Positions 1-14,100 of a stretch of DNA of 64,000 nucleotides are shown one piece after another. The translations under genes and the position numbers were made by a program. This stretch comes from Takakia lepidozioides. Taxonomy: Eukaryota; Plantae; Bryophyta. Under the pieces are notes generated by a model. That model had not been told where the DNA came from and searched no databases. It saw only the letters and a program-made list of their open reading frames with translations. Position 1 is the first letter of the stretch; each line of letters opens with the position of its first letter. The stretch is taken from positions 81,840,001 to 81,904,000 of the forward strand of contig CM060731.1 of the NCBI GenBank assembly GCA_030704615.1, given 5' to 3'.

Positions 1-2268
1 CAAAATCGAGATATCTCCGTAGAAGCACTTTTGGACTCGGGCGCTTCAGCGTGTTTTATTGACAAAGACTTTGCGAAGCAACACAATTTAACGTTTGTAA
101 AGAATAAATTATCGGCTCATGTTGAAGTCATCGATGGACGACCGTTAGCATCAGGAAATATTGACCATGAAACTCGACCCCTTGAAGTGAAGCTTAAAAA
201 TCAAGCATCACAGATTGTTTTCAATGTCATCCAGTCTTCAACGAATCATGTGATCCTTGGACTTCCCTGGTTTGTACTTCATAATCCTGACATCGACTGG
301 CGATCACGAAAAATTTTGGCAAGACAAAAATGCAAAAGTACCAAAGGTATTCAACCCTTGTTTTTTGGAGCTAGAGCCTTCATGAGAGCTACGAAGAAAG
401 ACGCGACATTTGCACTTTATGCGACTCCAATCAAAACCACAACAGACCAAGGTACTTCGACATTACCCACTCAATATTAAGATTTCAAGGATGTCTTCGA
501 GAAGAAAAATGCAGACATGTTGCCAAAACATCGACATTATGATTGTGCAATTGAATTGCAAGAATGAGCTCAACCACCATTCGGCCCGATCTACAATTTA
601 TCTCAGACGGAGCTGGCTGCTTTACGATGAAAATTTGTCAAAGAATTTCATTCGACATTCGAAATCACCCGCGGGAGTACCTATCTTATTTGTGAAGAAG
701 AAGGACAGATCGTTACGTATGTGTGTGGACTATCGTGGACTCAACAAAGTCACAACTAAAAATCGTTATCCGTTGCCGCTGATTTCTGGGCTTCTCGACC
801 AACTAGGACGAGCGAAGATTTTCACCAAAATTGACTTGAGATGAGCTTACAACTTTGTACGAATAAAAGAAGGAGACAAATGGAAGATTGCTTTTCGCAC
901 AAGGTACGGACATTTCGAATACAGTGTTATGTCTTTCGGTCTTATAAATGCTCCAGCAATTTTTCAACACATGATGAATGACATCTTTCCAGAATTTTTA
1001 GATGACTTTGTAGTCATCTATTTGGACGACATTTTGATATTTTCACAGAATGAAGAAGAACATGGTTGTCATGTACGTCTTGTCCTTGGTAAATTGAGGG
1101 AAAAATGACTATATGCCAAGTTGAAAAAATGTCTTTTCCATCAATCTGAAGTCGAATTTTTGGGCTACATTATTTCCGACAAATGCGTCTTTATGGATCA
1201 GAAGAAAATACAAACCATCATCGAGTGGATTAAACCAACTTCGGTCCGAGATGTACAATATTTTCTAGGATTTGCAAATTTCTATAGAATCTTCATCAAG
1301 GATTACTCCAAAATTGCTACACCATTGACACGACTCATAGAGAAGGACAAATTTGTATGGGACGAGAAGTCTGACCAAGCATTTGAAAGGCTGAAGCAAG
1401 CATTTACAACGGCTCCAATACTGGTACATGCAGACCCATCTAAACCATTCTTTTTGGAAGCAAATGCATCGGACTTTGCACTTGGCACGGTACTCTCTCA
1501 ATACGGTACAGATGGTCGACTTCACCCTGTTGGTTTTCGTTCTCGCAAATTTTCCGCTGCGGAGATCAATTATGAATGACAAAGAACTTCTAGCGATTAT
1601 TGATGTTTTTGAGGAGTGACATCATCTATTGGAGGGAGCTAAACATCAGGTCACAGTCTATACCAATCACAAAAACCTCGAGTATTTTATGAGTGCTCGT
1701 GTTTTGAATCGACGTCAAGCGAGATGGAGTATGTCACTAGCAAGGTTTGATTTTATTATTACCTACCGTCCCGGACATCTTGAAGGAAAACCAGATGCTC
1801 TTTCTCGACGATCGTATCTTGCGCCAAAAGAAGAGGATACAACTTTTGACCAACAGAAATCCATCATCTTGAAACCAGCAAATCTCCAAGTGAATATGCT
1901 ATCTATGTCCACCTATGACGATGTAGAGATCATAAAGGAGATTCAGGAAGCACTGAAGAGCAACCAATTTGCTACGACACTACGAAGTCAACTAAATCGA
2001 CCTCGAGACAACCCACATGTTACAAACGACTTCGAATTCAAAGATGACTTACTTTATTTCAAAGGACTTTTCTATGTACCTCCAGGACCTACACGACTTC
2101 GAATTCTTCAAACATGTCATGATCTTCCGGCTGCATGACATTTCGGCTTCAATAAAACAATGAAATTGATATCCAGGGACTATTGGTGGCCGCAGATGTG
2201 AAAACTAGAATTTATAAAATCTTGCGACACGTGTGCTAGAGTGAAGGGACCACGACATCGACCTTACG

Positions 2269-3235
2269 AGGTGTGGGTATTACATGCACAGCAGGGTTTT
2301 CCCTGGACAAACGCTGCACCTCTGGAACCACTGATTCCCTTACCAAGCTAGAGTTTTCATAGAGAAGGTCACCCTTCTCAATTTCGGCCACGACCTGCTA
2401 TGTAGTGGGAATGTCCAACCTTTCTCCGTCCAGAGCAATTGGGGGTGGTGTCACAGCATGTTCTTACTGTGGAACCTCTAAGACAACTAAGTCAACTGGC
2501 TGTGGTGGCTGTGGTACCGAAGTGACTTCTTCTTCCCTCTCCGAAGGTCGTGCTTCCAATAATAACAGCCCTATGTGCTGTTGTGCCCCATCCTTCACAA
2601 GAGCTTGGGAAACATCATCTTACGGTCTCCGTGAAGCCAGTGGATCCGCCACTACAGTCATACCCTGCTTCTGTCTCTTAGACTGGTGTTGCCCTGCCAG
2701 TCCACCCTCACTATGTGAAGAGCCCTGTTCTTCAATTGCAGTGGTTACTGCCTCAAACACTCCCATCTCCTTACGTTCTCGAGTATCAAGTATGCAAGAG
2801 TCAAGAATGATTTGGGCAATGACTGGACCAGACACAATGATCGGAGACTTAGCAGTAGTGCCCTGTAACCTCTTCATCTCGTCCACCAGACCATTGTACA
2901 TTAACTCCGCCCAAGCTACATCCTCTCCCCTCAAAGCTTTCAGGATCTCCTCTGTGAATGACCTGCTCAAATATTGTTGGTTCTGTTTCATGGCAAACAG
3001 AACGTTCAATATTTGGTCAACTTCTCTGAGCCCTGGGTACTCGGCTTTGGTACAAGCGTAACCTTGAGTCTTAAAGAAACTCCCTTCTTGGAACAAATTC
3101 CCTATCTGCAATCTTGCCCTGTGCTCATCCACATCCACATGGCCTGATGACAAATCAAACAATTGCTGCAAGTACTGGGGAGTAATTTCTATATCTACTC
3201 CCCTCACCTGGGTAACTCCCGTCCGAGGCTCAAAG
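2269..3235 (-). other. About 0.97-kb foreign insertion inside the integrase, containing ORF 2620-3207 (195 aa, unknown function)
   Basis: Integrase is interrupted between HRPY(G) and [14 protein letters not shown]; the intervening sequence has an unrelated antisense ORF; boundaries approximate. Confidence 0.65.
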
Positions 3236-4345
3236 TACCCATTTCCAATGGTCCATGGTCGTCCGTGTCTATGGACTTTATTACAGACCTTCCAATTTCC
3301 AAGACCACCGATTCAATCCTTGTTATTGACGATCGTTTTACAAAGATGACACATTTCATTCCATGTAATAAGACGGTCAACCGGCGAGGAAACTGCAAGA
3401 CTCTTCCTCAATAATATCTACCGCATTCATGGACTCCCGAAGGACATCATATCTGATCGAGGACCACAGTTCATATCAAATTTCTGGAGGGGATTATTTC
3501 ACATATTGGATACTAAGATCAATCTCTCTACAGCTAATCATCCACAGACTGATGGTCAAACCAAACGCGTAAACCAGATTTTGGAGCGGTATCTTCGCTG
3601 TACGATAAATTATCACCAAGATAATTGGACGGACCTTCTGTCATTGGCTGAGTTTGCCTATAACAACACTATATATTCTTCGACCAAGCAAACTCCATTT
3701 TTCTCCAATTATGGTCATCATCCTCAAACAAACCTTTTCCACATAAAGACTGTTGGAAGCCCTGCTGCTGAAAACCTTGCTACTCATCTTGCTACGATTC
3801 ACAAGGAGCTTACATTCACCTCACAGAAGCTCAAAAACAATACAAGGAGTATGCAAATCAACATCGTCAACTCCAACCTCAGTTCAAGGTCGGAGATCGT
3901 GTGTGGCTTCTTCGACGGGATATACAAACCTCGCGACCATCAAGGAAGTTGGATTATCAACGCCTGGGACCATTCAAAATTATTCGACAAATAAATCCGG
4001 TCAGTTTTCGGCTTGAACTCCCACGAAGTATGCGCATCCATCCAGTCTTTTATATTTCATTATTGGAGTTGTATCATCCATCGAATATTCCAGGGAGAGT
4101 CTCCGTACCACCTCCACCAATCGAAGTCAATCAGGAAATTGAGTATGAAGTCGAAGAAGTCCTAGACTCTCGCATCGAATATAAACGTCTTGAGTATTTC
4201 GTACATAGGAAAGGCTACGATATCAGCGAACGAACGTGGGAACCTTCATCCAACCTCGCCAATGCATCTGACAAAGTCCAAGAGTTTCATCGATGATATC
4301 TAGCTAAGCCCCGAGCTACACGTCAATAAGACGTCACAACGATGA

Positions 4346-5074
4346 TGTCAACCAAGTTAGCTTCAAGGTGAAGACTCTACATTCAATTGTACCTGATACA
4401 CGCTAAGGAGGGAGGAGCACCACACATCAGTATATATAGCTACACTTCTAACACTTCCAGCACTCTTGCATCTTGTATTGGCAGTATGGAGTCACATGAA
4501 CTAGATACATTGGAGTTGTACTTACCCAGCTATCAGATCAGCCGTTCCGACTCTCACGACCTTCAACATCACGATTACCAAGAGTAACTTGGGAAACTGC
4601 TTAGGAAGCTTCTTTTGGAGGAAACTTCTCCATCAAGATACCTCATTTGTTTAATGAAGCTTCTCCATCAAGAAACCTTTGTTTAATCTTGGAAACTTCT
4701 CCAGCAAGAAACCTCCATAGGGGAAGCTTCTTAGGGAAGCTTCTTAGTAGCCAGTATATATAGGAGGCGAGACTGGACACTCTTCAGTCTCGCCAACACA
4801 AGTTCAAACTACTCTTGTTCCCAGTCCCAGTACTCCAGTCCAGCTTCCAGTACTCTAGTCCAATTTCCAGTATCTGGTACCCCAGTCCAGTTTCCAGCAT
4901 TCCAGTATTCGAGTCGAGTTCCAGTATCTTGTACTCTTGTCCATTGTTATAAAGATCATCTTGATTCATGTTTACCCACCGTGTATTCGGCCACGCCGAC
5001 CTTGACTTCTTGTCTAGTCTTGTACCTCTAGTCTGATCTCTTGTTTGTGTTCAGTCATGTTCTCGTCCTTGACA
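4346..5074 (+). repeat. 3' LTR of the chromovirus
   Basis: Begins TGTCAA and ends TTGACA (inverted termini); follows the chromodomain stop; TATATATA at about 4756; internal short repeats. Confidence 0.75.
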
Positions 5075-6587
5075 GTTACCTCCCTCAGGAGCAGGAGGTG
5101 GACCATCCGGCCTTGGAACCGGTACCACCTGAGCTGTGGCAATGGCAGCGAGCCTCCGCTCTAGCTGCTGAAGCCGGTTGACCATGCCTTGGTCAACACC
5201 CTGACCTCCGCGTCCTTGGCCATGTTGAGCTTGCCCTTGCCTGCATCTCGTACCTGGCCACCTCGTCCTCTCTGGGCTGCTCCACCTCGCCCCCGGCCAC
5301 CATTGTTCCCTTGGAACTGGCCTGGGCGCAACTCAGGATGCAAACCATAGCACTGGGCCTTTCCATGCCCGTACTTGCCACAATGCCCACACTGCAACTG
5401 TGCAGGCTGTGCCGGTGCCAAACCATTGCCTCCCTTTGGGCAATCCTTCTTGACATGGGGTCCTCCACATGTCCAGCACACCACATCCGCCCGTTGTTGG
5501 CCAGCAAATGAAGGGAGAGACCCTGTATCTGAGGTCCTCTCTGCCCTTCCCTGAGCTTCACCTGAGCCCCATTGTTGCCTTGAGCACGTTGAGGTAGTGG
5601 CTGGCTAGGAACACCACTACCCCATGGTGCCTCCTTAGCAAATCCCACCATGACCACTCATTCCTCCACCATGTTGAGCTCTATCCACTCTGCCAGCAAA
5701 AACACATTTGCTAAGGTGGGTTGGGCCGCTTGTATGAGAGTTGCATCCCGCACCCTTTTCCTCAGCTCCTTGTCCAATATCACATACTAGAATTGGACTG
5801 CTTGAGCCTCCGTAACCCCTTGGGTTGCATTAATCAAGCGCCTCATGCGAGTGAAAGCCTCCTTCAAGCTCTCAGCAGGCTTCCTCTGGAACTCTTGCAA
5901 GCTCATCAACTTCTCTGTCATCACCCCTTGGTAGTTCCTTCTCAACTCTTCAAAGAACTCCACAACAGGGTTGAAGGCACGCACCGCCAGTGGTGCTGGT
6001 GCAGTAGTAGCTTGGGTGGACGTCGTAGTTGCTGTACCACTAGTCCCACTACTGCTCATGGAAGCTGCTGTTGCAGCTGCAGCTACCGGTGTGGCTGCTG
6101 CCCTTGTACCTCTAGTGCCTCTAGTGATGGAGACATAGTCGGGGGACCAGTACATCCTCCACTCCTCGATCTCAACATCGTGCCCCCGCCTAAACTCATG
6201 GTAATCATCCATGGGCGGCCCCTCAAGGTGCTGAAACAACCCATTCCATGCCATGAAAGGCGTAAACAGTTGTGGATCGCGCATTTGTTGCAAGTCACAC
6301 CAACTATCAAACTCTTGGATAAAATCATTCAACTCAATGGTGCCCACCGCCCTAGAGTACCTACGTGGCCCATTGGTGGCTCCATACATCTCCTCCATTG
6401 TGTCGCACAACAATGGCAAGGAAACAACTTGCACCGTCGGTGTGAGTTTTCCTGATTCACAATCCGAATCAGAACCTTCCGTAGAAGACACAAGAGGTGA
6501 AGGTGGCCTAAACCGCACACCTCGTCTCGTATACCCGCTAGTATCGCTAGTGCTCGTACCAGCACTTTCCCCAGCAACTAGTGGCAC
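5075..6587 (-). pseudogene. Retrotransposon gag with two CCHC zinc knuckles, interrupted by the chromovirus
   Basis: ORF 5787-6587 is retrotransposon-gag-like (LQEFQRKPAESLKEAFTRM); knuckles CWTCGGPHVKKDC and CGHCGKYGHGKAQC in 5161-5484. Confidence 0.8.
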
Positions 6588-9056
6588 CTCCGTGTTGACA
6601 AACTGACACTGAACCGGTCATGAACCTGTCTCTAACCCCCTCTCCACAAGGTAACCGGATAGAGAACCTGATGCGGCTTATGGTTTGGAATATTAGGTTC
6701 CTAACATAGCCTGCACATGCACCTGCACCTGCATCCACCGCAGGCACTCCTATGGTTGGCTGGTCATCACCTCCAACCTCACCACAAGAGAAACAAAGAT
6801 GGTCTGACTGGTCATCAACCCAGCCTCACCATCGACATCATGCTCTAGGATTGGCTCGGCGATCAAGCCCGAGTCAACCACCTATAAAATCAAGCGCCCA
6901 CACAAAACTAGCATGGCGCACAATCAAGCATGCAGGTGTGGAGGGGATCCAAACACAAAAATGAAAACAACAACTCCCCCACACCAAAAACAACTCCACA
7001 GTGTCACTCCTGCAACCCAGCCCAAACCCGGACTGACTCTTGCCTCCACCTACGGGAAGGTCTCGGCCTACAAAGAAGGTGGAAAGCTACGAGGAAGGGA
7101 AGCTAAAGCAATGCATATCCCCAGCACGCTCTCATCCCAACACCCTCTTTTTCCTCACTTCTCTCACTTGCATGACCATGAGAGCATCCTGTAGACACTC
7201 CTCAAACCGCTCTCCACAAGCTCATGAAACTTGGCCTCCAAGGCCCCATGCAAGCCTCCACAGGGTCCGTCAGTGCCTCCTTATGTCCACCAGCCATTTC
7301 TCATAATGGAACCACCTCTGGAAACCACACCATTCACTAATAAAAAATAGAGCAAATAGAGGTACATATAGACCCCAACAACATTCTGTCCAAAGGAATT
7401 ACCTGCAGGCTGGTCTCCCCCATAGTTAAGAATTGGGCTGAAAACCCGAAAAGATTACCTGCAGGGAAGTAATCCCCTTTGTTAAAATGCAGCAGGGAGG
7501 CAATTCCGACTTTTCTGCCGGATCAGCTAGCTCAAAACCGTTGTTCCTCAGAGCCCAGCCTCCCCATCAAGGTCCCACGAAACGAGTAAAAAAAATTGTT
7601 TTTTTTTTTTTTTTTTTTCACTCTACCTGTTCGCAGCCTTCCGTGGCTCTAACCACCACGACTCCTCACGGCCTGCCATAGGCGCTCGTTGGCCACGGGC
7701 TGCCCCGTGATACCTCGTGGTACCACGCCCACGAGCCTTCACGGCCCGCCATCCCCACGATCTGGTCACCGTGCCCACCCGTGGTGCCCGTGTCGCGCAC
7801 CTCACTTCGGTAAGCTCCCCTTCACGTCATAGTTACTCGCTTTGATGCGCGCGCCTGACTCCCAACCTGGCCGCCCGGGCCAACTTGGAGCTTCGGCTGC
7901 TCACCGGGACATAACGGTCCCCCTTCGCTTCCCACTAAACCCTCCACCTATTTGGGACTAGGAGAATTCCCTTTGGTAGATGGCAGTCCGGAACAGCTCT
8001 CCACTCTTTGGTCGCTTTCCGGCTCGCTCGCTTACTCACTAGTTTTTGGTCACTAATGGGCTTGCACCGTTCTTGGGGTTACTACTCCCTATATATACTT
8101 CTGTAGCTGTCCGCGGGGGTTTCACAACCAGCCATGCCATTTTATGGCGAACCACCACGAAAACCCTCGACTCCCGGTGATGAGTCGCGGTGAGTCTTGG
8201 CCCGCTCACCACGGCCCCTATGGACCGTGATGAGTCCCAAGACTCCCCACGACTCCCACCACGAGGTCTCCGCCCCCATGGTGAGTCCTATGCCACCCCC
8301 ACTAAGTCCCGCTAAGCTACCACCACCCCTTGTGGAGCCACCCCCACCGCAACCCGGTGTGCGGGGCTCCACCTAGTGAGCGCCTCCGCTTCCCTGAGTG
8401 CCTTGGGCACTCAAGGGTGCTTCAGCCCCCCCATACCTATCGCTGTCGCTGCCCCCACCACAGGGGCAGCCCCTCATGTGTCCCGACCCCCTGCCCTCAA
8501 GGCAAAGGGCCGCGACAGCCCGCACCACTGCTTCCCACGGTCACGGTCAACGGTCACGGTCAATAGTCACGGCCTGGGCTCGTGGTATCTCGTGATACCG
8601 CCCCTACGGCCCATCACGGCCATTGTTCCCTGCGTTCCCTGGAACTCCCCACGAGTTCCCATGCGTTCCCGAGGCATTCCCACGCGTTCCCGAGCTCTCC
8701 TTGAGCTGGGGTTTGCTCCAGCACCTGCTGCCGACGAGCTATGGCTTTTGCGGAGCCATCAGCCCTGTTGCCCTGCACTTCTGAGCTCTCATGGCCCACT
8801 AGAAGCGCCCCCAACTCAACAAGCAAGCAATATGCTGCCCAACAAGCTCCATTTCTTCATGAAGCTCACAAAATCCGAAAATACATACATTTACAAACTT
8901 GGTGCACCTGCACTTCTCATGCATATCCCCTGGCTCTAGGAAGCCTCGTTGCTGCCCTTCCAGCCCCGCTCTTGCCACTCCAAGAGCCCTTACACTGCTA
9001 AGTTTCAAATTGAAACTCCAACTCAGCAGCCCCCTCTCTTCACCCATATTCTCGAG

Positions 9057-9373
9057 TGATAAAGAAATGAATAATACAAGCACACAAGCTCTCTCAAACT
9101 CACATACTTGCACATGAAAACATCACTCATATATTAAGTCGAGCCAAGTGCACCCCACGCCATGGGGAATCCACACTACGACGCCATAGCTAGACGCGGT
9201 GAGGCTTAACTCGAGAAAGATGAGCCCACCGCGATTTGCCGTGAAGATAACAACGTCAGGTGTCCAAACATGTATTGGCCCCTGGATTGATACTTGGGTC
9301 AATCCCAAATGTCAATATATAAAAGCCAGCTATTTCCTAGCTAACTTCACACTAGTGGTAAAATAACTTGACA
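9057..9373 (-). repeat. 317-bp terminal repeat unit 'A' (5' LTR-like) upstream of the gag
   Basis: On the minus strand it runs TGTCAAG...CTTTATCA; it has the same length as, and is clearly homologous to, 57889-58205. Confidence 0.8.
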
Positions 9374-10100
9374 AGGATGAGGGATGAGGGAGGAGGGAAA
9401 AAGGCGGCGCACATTGAGGCGAATCCAATCCAGCACTAGTGGCTCATGATCGCACACTCATGAGGGGCACGGAGGGAAGGAGGGAGGGAGGGGGGATGGG
9501 TAGGAGGAGGCTTCGAGCATGAAGCTCACACGATTCGTATTGGGAGGCACCATGCCGCTGGAGCTAGACTTGAAAAAATTCCAAGTCCTGGGCGCTCCCC
9601 TTACCGCACAATGCGGAGCGGGGGCCCCTTGTGACCCTGTCCTCCGGCAACTAGTTTTTTTCACTTGTGCCCTTGGAATTTTATTGATGATTGCATTTTG
9701 AATAGAGAGAAAAATGGAATTATTGAAGGGAAAAAAGTTAAAACCCTCATAGTGTCATGAGACATACCATAAAATGTACATGTAATAGTTATATAATAAT
9801 ATTATTATTATAATATTATAAATGACAGCATGTTGCTAGTGAAAGATGAGGATCACTTAAACATATAACGTATATTTGAGATTATGGAGGGTTTTGTTGG
9901 CAAAAGAAAAGAAAAAAAGAAAAAAAAACTGAAACCTGAAAATATAGTTTCAGTAGCAAAAAAGTTATTGTAGTATTGTGCTCACGTGAGCACAAACTTG
10001 TTGCAATTTTCTAGCATAAGAACATTTATGTTTTGCCATGAAATATTCTTTGGATATTCCTAGAATATATAGAATATCCCTATAATATGTAGAATATCTC

Positions 10101-10745
10101 TTTCTGCTGCATGCTACTACCCAACTGGCAACCACGGGGCACATTTGTGACTATTAGGGCCAACCTCCATGTCCCGGCCCTCCCGGCCAAGTTATCCAAA
10201 GTTAGCCGACGTTGATGGAGCATGGCTGAATGGTGGCATGGATGGTTGCTTTTATGTGCATAGGGTTCGAAAGCAAGGTCTGCCTCGTTGTCCAAGGCCC
10301 CGACCAATTGAGCCGGTCACTTGGCAAAGGGTGGGTTCCGCAAGCAAAGAGTGGGGCAAGTCCCGGCAAGCAATGTGCACAACGGTGACATTCACAGTAG
10401 GCAGAAGAGACATGACAACACACATTGGGGAGAGCTACACGGGCAGCACCACTACCTAGTGTTGCCAAGGCTACGGCAGCTAGTGTACTGCTGGGGGCGG
10501 CCACATCTGTGTATCAGGCTCCATTGTTCTCGGCTACCATGATTGCGACGCCGGGGGTAAGACCAGCTGAGGTGTTCAGGCTGGCAGCTATATTCTGTGA
10601 TAGTGGGGAGGTTACTTCATCTTCTGCGGAGATAGTGGGAGGTGGAGGGATCCTCGGATGTGGGGGTCAAGTCTACCATGGCAGGCTGCAGCTGCCAGGT
10701 TGGCGGAGCTGCCAGCTAGGCCAGCCATTGAGCGCGCCATGGTGA
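10101..10745 (+). mobile_element. DNMT-carrying gypsy copy 1, segment upstream of protease (continues at 25833)
   Basis: 10563-10745 matches the reverse complement of about 63830-64000; it resumes after element A at the TSD CCATGGTGA; left boundary uncertain. Confidence 0.75.
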
Positions 10746-11181
10746 GGGGAATGCTTGCGCGTGAGCCTGGCTAGGCTCACGCCACGTCAGCAATCATCCA
10801 CGTGTGCAGGTCCTAATTCCGTGCTTCCCCCCCCCCCCCTATTACCGTGGATCAGTTGTCGCATATGTCCCTTTCATCGCCCCCACATGAATATTCTTTC
10901 CGACCGAGAACAATGGTAGGTTTGTGGATGGTTTAGGATCGAGGACATGAGTTTTGAATGAGGAGATCGTCTACTAGAGAATTGAATATTAACAGCAAAC
11001 CCTTTTTTTTGCAAAGTAGTTCATTCATTCCAACCCACAAACATTTTCCAATGCTGGAATCTGACGACTCACCCCAGGCAATCCTTAACTGTACTTACGG
11101 GAACGCGCGAAGATCTTGAAAAACAGTTTGGGGATGGAAGCAAAACCAAAATACATTTTATTAAATCTCACTACTTGAACC

Positions 11182-14100
11182 TCAAGAACTATTGGAGGTT
11201 TCAGAGGAACTACTTCCAGAGTCTGCAGCAATATCATCTATGAACACAACAGCCCATCCTTGATGTTTTTTTTTCTCCGCGACCCCCATGGAGAGGCGAA
11301 TACATTGTTTGTTGGGACAACACCCGTGCGCAAGCTTCCGCGTAAACCGGCAAGCGGTAAGCTCTAGGGGGACTCGGGGACATGTAGTATCCTTGGAAAC
11401 CGAAAGGTGTCTGCGTATTCGATGACGCCTACCGAACTTTGGAAAGCAAGAAGAGGAATGGTGGTAGATGTTATCATCCAGAAATAGACAATGTAAGCAA
11501 CCATCTGTCGAACGGGAATGACACAATGAAATGCAACATATTTTGCACGACTAGAGCCGAACTTACTCACACTCAAAATCGGAGTCCACGTCGAGATCCT
11601 CGTCAGGCGCTTCGGGCTCCTCAAGAAGTCCCTCCGTGGATGGGGCAGAAGTAGTGCCCGACTCAAGCTGATGAAGCTCGCTTGAGAAGAGCTCCGTATC
11701 AGCCTCCATGCCAAAGAAGTGTCTTCCAGCGCTTTTGCACGCATGAAAAGATGCTCTTGCAAATCGAACATGAACGAGAAATCAAAACAGGGTTTCCCTA
11801 AGCTCACTGCCCACATTTCAAACACAGTGTTCAGGGCCCCACCTGTTCCCATAGACAAGTCAACCACTCGTCCACCGTGACGGCTGCATGTCTCCACCAA
11901 AGTCTGCATGAAAGCTGGGGATTTCTCCCATGCACCTCTCCAAGGGACACCAGTCGACCTTTTCGTGGTTCGACCCGAGTCCACGTAATTGAAGATTACA
12001 TCATCCTCCACTGGCTCGCAGGTGGGGTCAATGTGAGCTGCAAGGTCCCTCAACTGGAACTCAGCAATACCAGGAGGAAGAGTGTCCTTACGCACCCTCA
12101 CCAGGCACAAAGCTTCAAACACCCGAGTCTGTCAACAATCACGAAGAGAGCATGAGGCAAAAGACTAAACCAACTTTTGACATGTACATCAGAACCACTA
12201 AACTTTAATTCAAAGGAACCAACTCACTTTCTGCCCCGGGAACTCGCCCTTCGTAAGAGGCAGAGTGTTGATGCATGTCCAAGTTTTGATGACACGAAAC
12301 CCGGAAGCTTTCATGTAGCTGAAAAGAGTTCTCCGTGCCGACATGTCCTTTGACTGCATGAGAAGAAGAGCCCCCGAGTCAGAAAGGAATTTGTTGTTGA
12401 ATGAGAAGGCCCACTGCCAGTAACGAGAATCCGATTTGTTCCAAGTGGGGGTTGAATTGGAAGGCAACACATCAGGGACAGGGAAACTGTCAGGAATGTC
12501 CAGCACCACAAGGTCAGTCGCGTATGCCTGCTGAACTCCATTCACCCAATCCGGCCTTTTTGTGACCTACAGCCAAAAACAGGAGACAGTGTCACAAGCC
12601 CAATCTTGATCCAACAGGAAATCAATCCCATCGACAAGCTAGAACAAGTTGTCAAAACAAAATTATTCACACAACAGTTAAGACATATGTGCTTACCTGA
12701 GTGAGGAACAAAACAAGCATGTCCCATGATTTTGAGGGCACCCCTTTGAATGTAGACTTCCTGGATTCCATCATTGCCAGAAAACTTTCATTCACCATCT
12801 TACGATGGAACTGGCCCAAAACCCTGGATGGATGTTCTCTCGCATCGAAAGGCTGCTCCCGTGACTTTGCTGTTCTCCTTTCCCTCCTAGTTGGAGAAGG
12901 CTGTCTTTCAGTGACCTCTGACGTCCCTGTTCCTACGGAGCTGCACTCTTCCCCTTCCCCTTCGGATCCCCGGCAATCTTCCCCTTCCGTTTTGGAGTAG
13001 CAGATTTCTCAGGCTCTTTTGCAGCCAGAGCAGCAATGATTCTGTCATGAATGTCTTTGTCAGCCAGTGGGGCAAGTGCCGCGGCGTTGTCGTTAAGGTT
13101 TCTCAAAACAACTTCATCGAATGGTGTGTCATGTGTGTCCTATTTTGGCAGATCGAGGTACCACCCACAGTCTCTGAAGTGCGCCCTGCTCCAGTCTCTG
13201 GCAATACCAGCCGTGTACATTGTCTTGTCGTTGGAGGGGTCAGCTCACGAGTAGATGAAGTCTGGGTCATCGCTAAGGTACTTTCCCGGTATGAGGACAT
13301 GATACATATACCTGAATGACACACACACCCAAAATCCAGACAGTCAATCGATCTGATCAGGACACAGATCACACATCACGAGAAGTGTATTGGCATGCAG
13401 GTCAGTAACACTGATAAACCAACGTTTGAAAGCCCGATTCAACATTGCGTTGACGCAATGTTGATTTGAGCTGAAATGGGAAACATCAAATTTGGAGAAC
13501 TGCACTTTCAACAAGCACGTACGAGAGGGAAAGCCCATTATACTAAAACATCTCATGCACAACATTGGAACCCCAATCAACCTTGCGTTGACGCAAAGAA
13601 GATTGGCGGATACACCTATGATAATGTAGCATTGAAAGAGACAGTGCTTGGCAACGGAATTCAACATTGCGTCAACGCAAGGTTGTTTTCATTAACAGAG
13701 AAAATGGAAAACAATGATTGAAAAACAACATCCGAATATCTGCTGGTATGGATATTCAACCTTGCATTGACGCAAGGTTGAATTCCTCTGCTGAAACACC
13801 TGTCCAGGGTATTTTTGATACCCTTAACTTTCCTACAATTGTATGGAAATCGGGGTATTTTGGCGGGATTAATCTAGCAATCCATACCGTCAAACAACGT
13901 TGCGTCAACGCAAGGCTGTTTGATGGTACAGTGTAAGCTCTAAACATCATTTCAAACAGACTCCAAACCGACTTTAAGTTAATCCTGGCAGCATTGCAAA
14001 TGGAAACCACCAAAAAAACAACCCAAGAACACAGGAAAACCTACACAGCCAGGCCCTTCATCAACCTTGCGTTGACGCAAGGTTGATTTGCCTGTCAATT

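Larger units (their letters stand above)
1..5074 (+). mobile_element. Ty3/gypsy chromovirus-like LTR retrotransposon, 3' part (PR-RT-RH-INT-chromodomain plus 3' LTR), degenerate
   Basis: ALLDSGAS protease motif at about 25-50; [11 protein letters not shown] and [10 protein letters not shown] motifs; RNase H (FFLEANASDFALGTVL); integrase ([20 protein letters not shown]); chromodomain EYEVEEVLDSR...YFVH.KGY...TWEP at about 4140-4290; many stops and frameshifts. Confidence 0.93.

Noticed and set aside
9374-10100. Possible additional MULE end (GTGCTCACGTGAGCAC palindrome at about 9978, CTCATGAG motifs)
   Set aside because: No partner end or TSD identified
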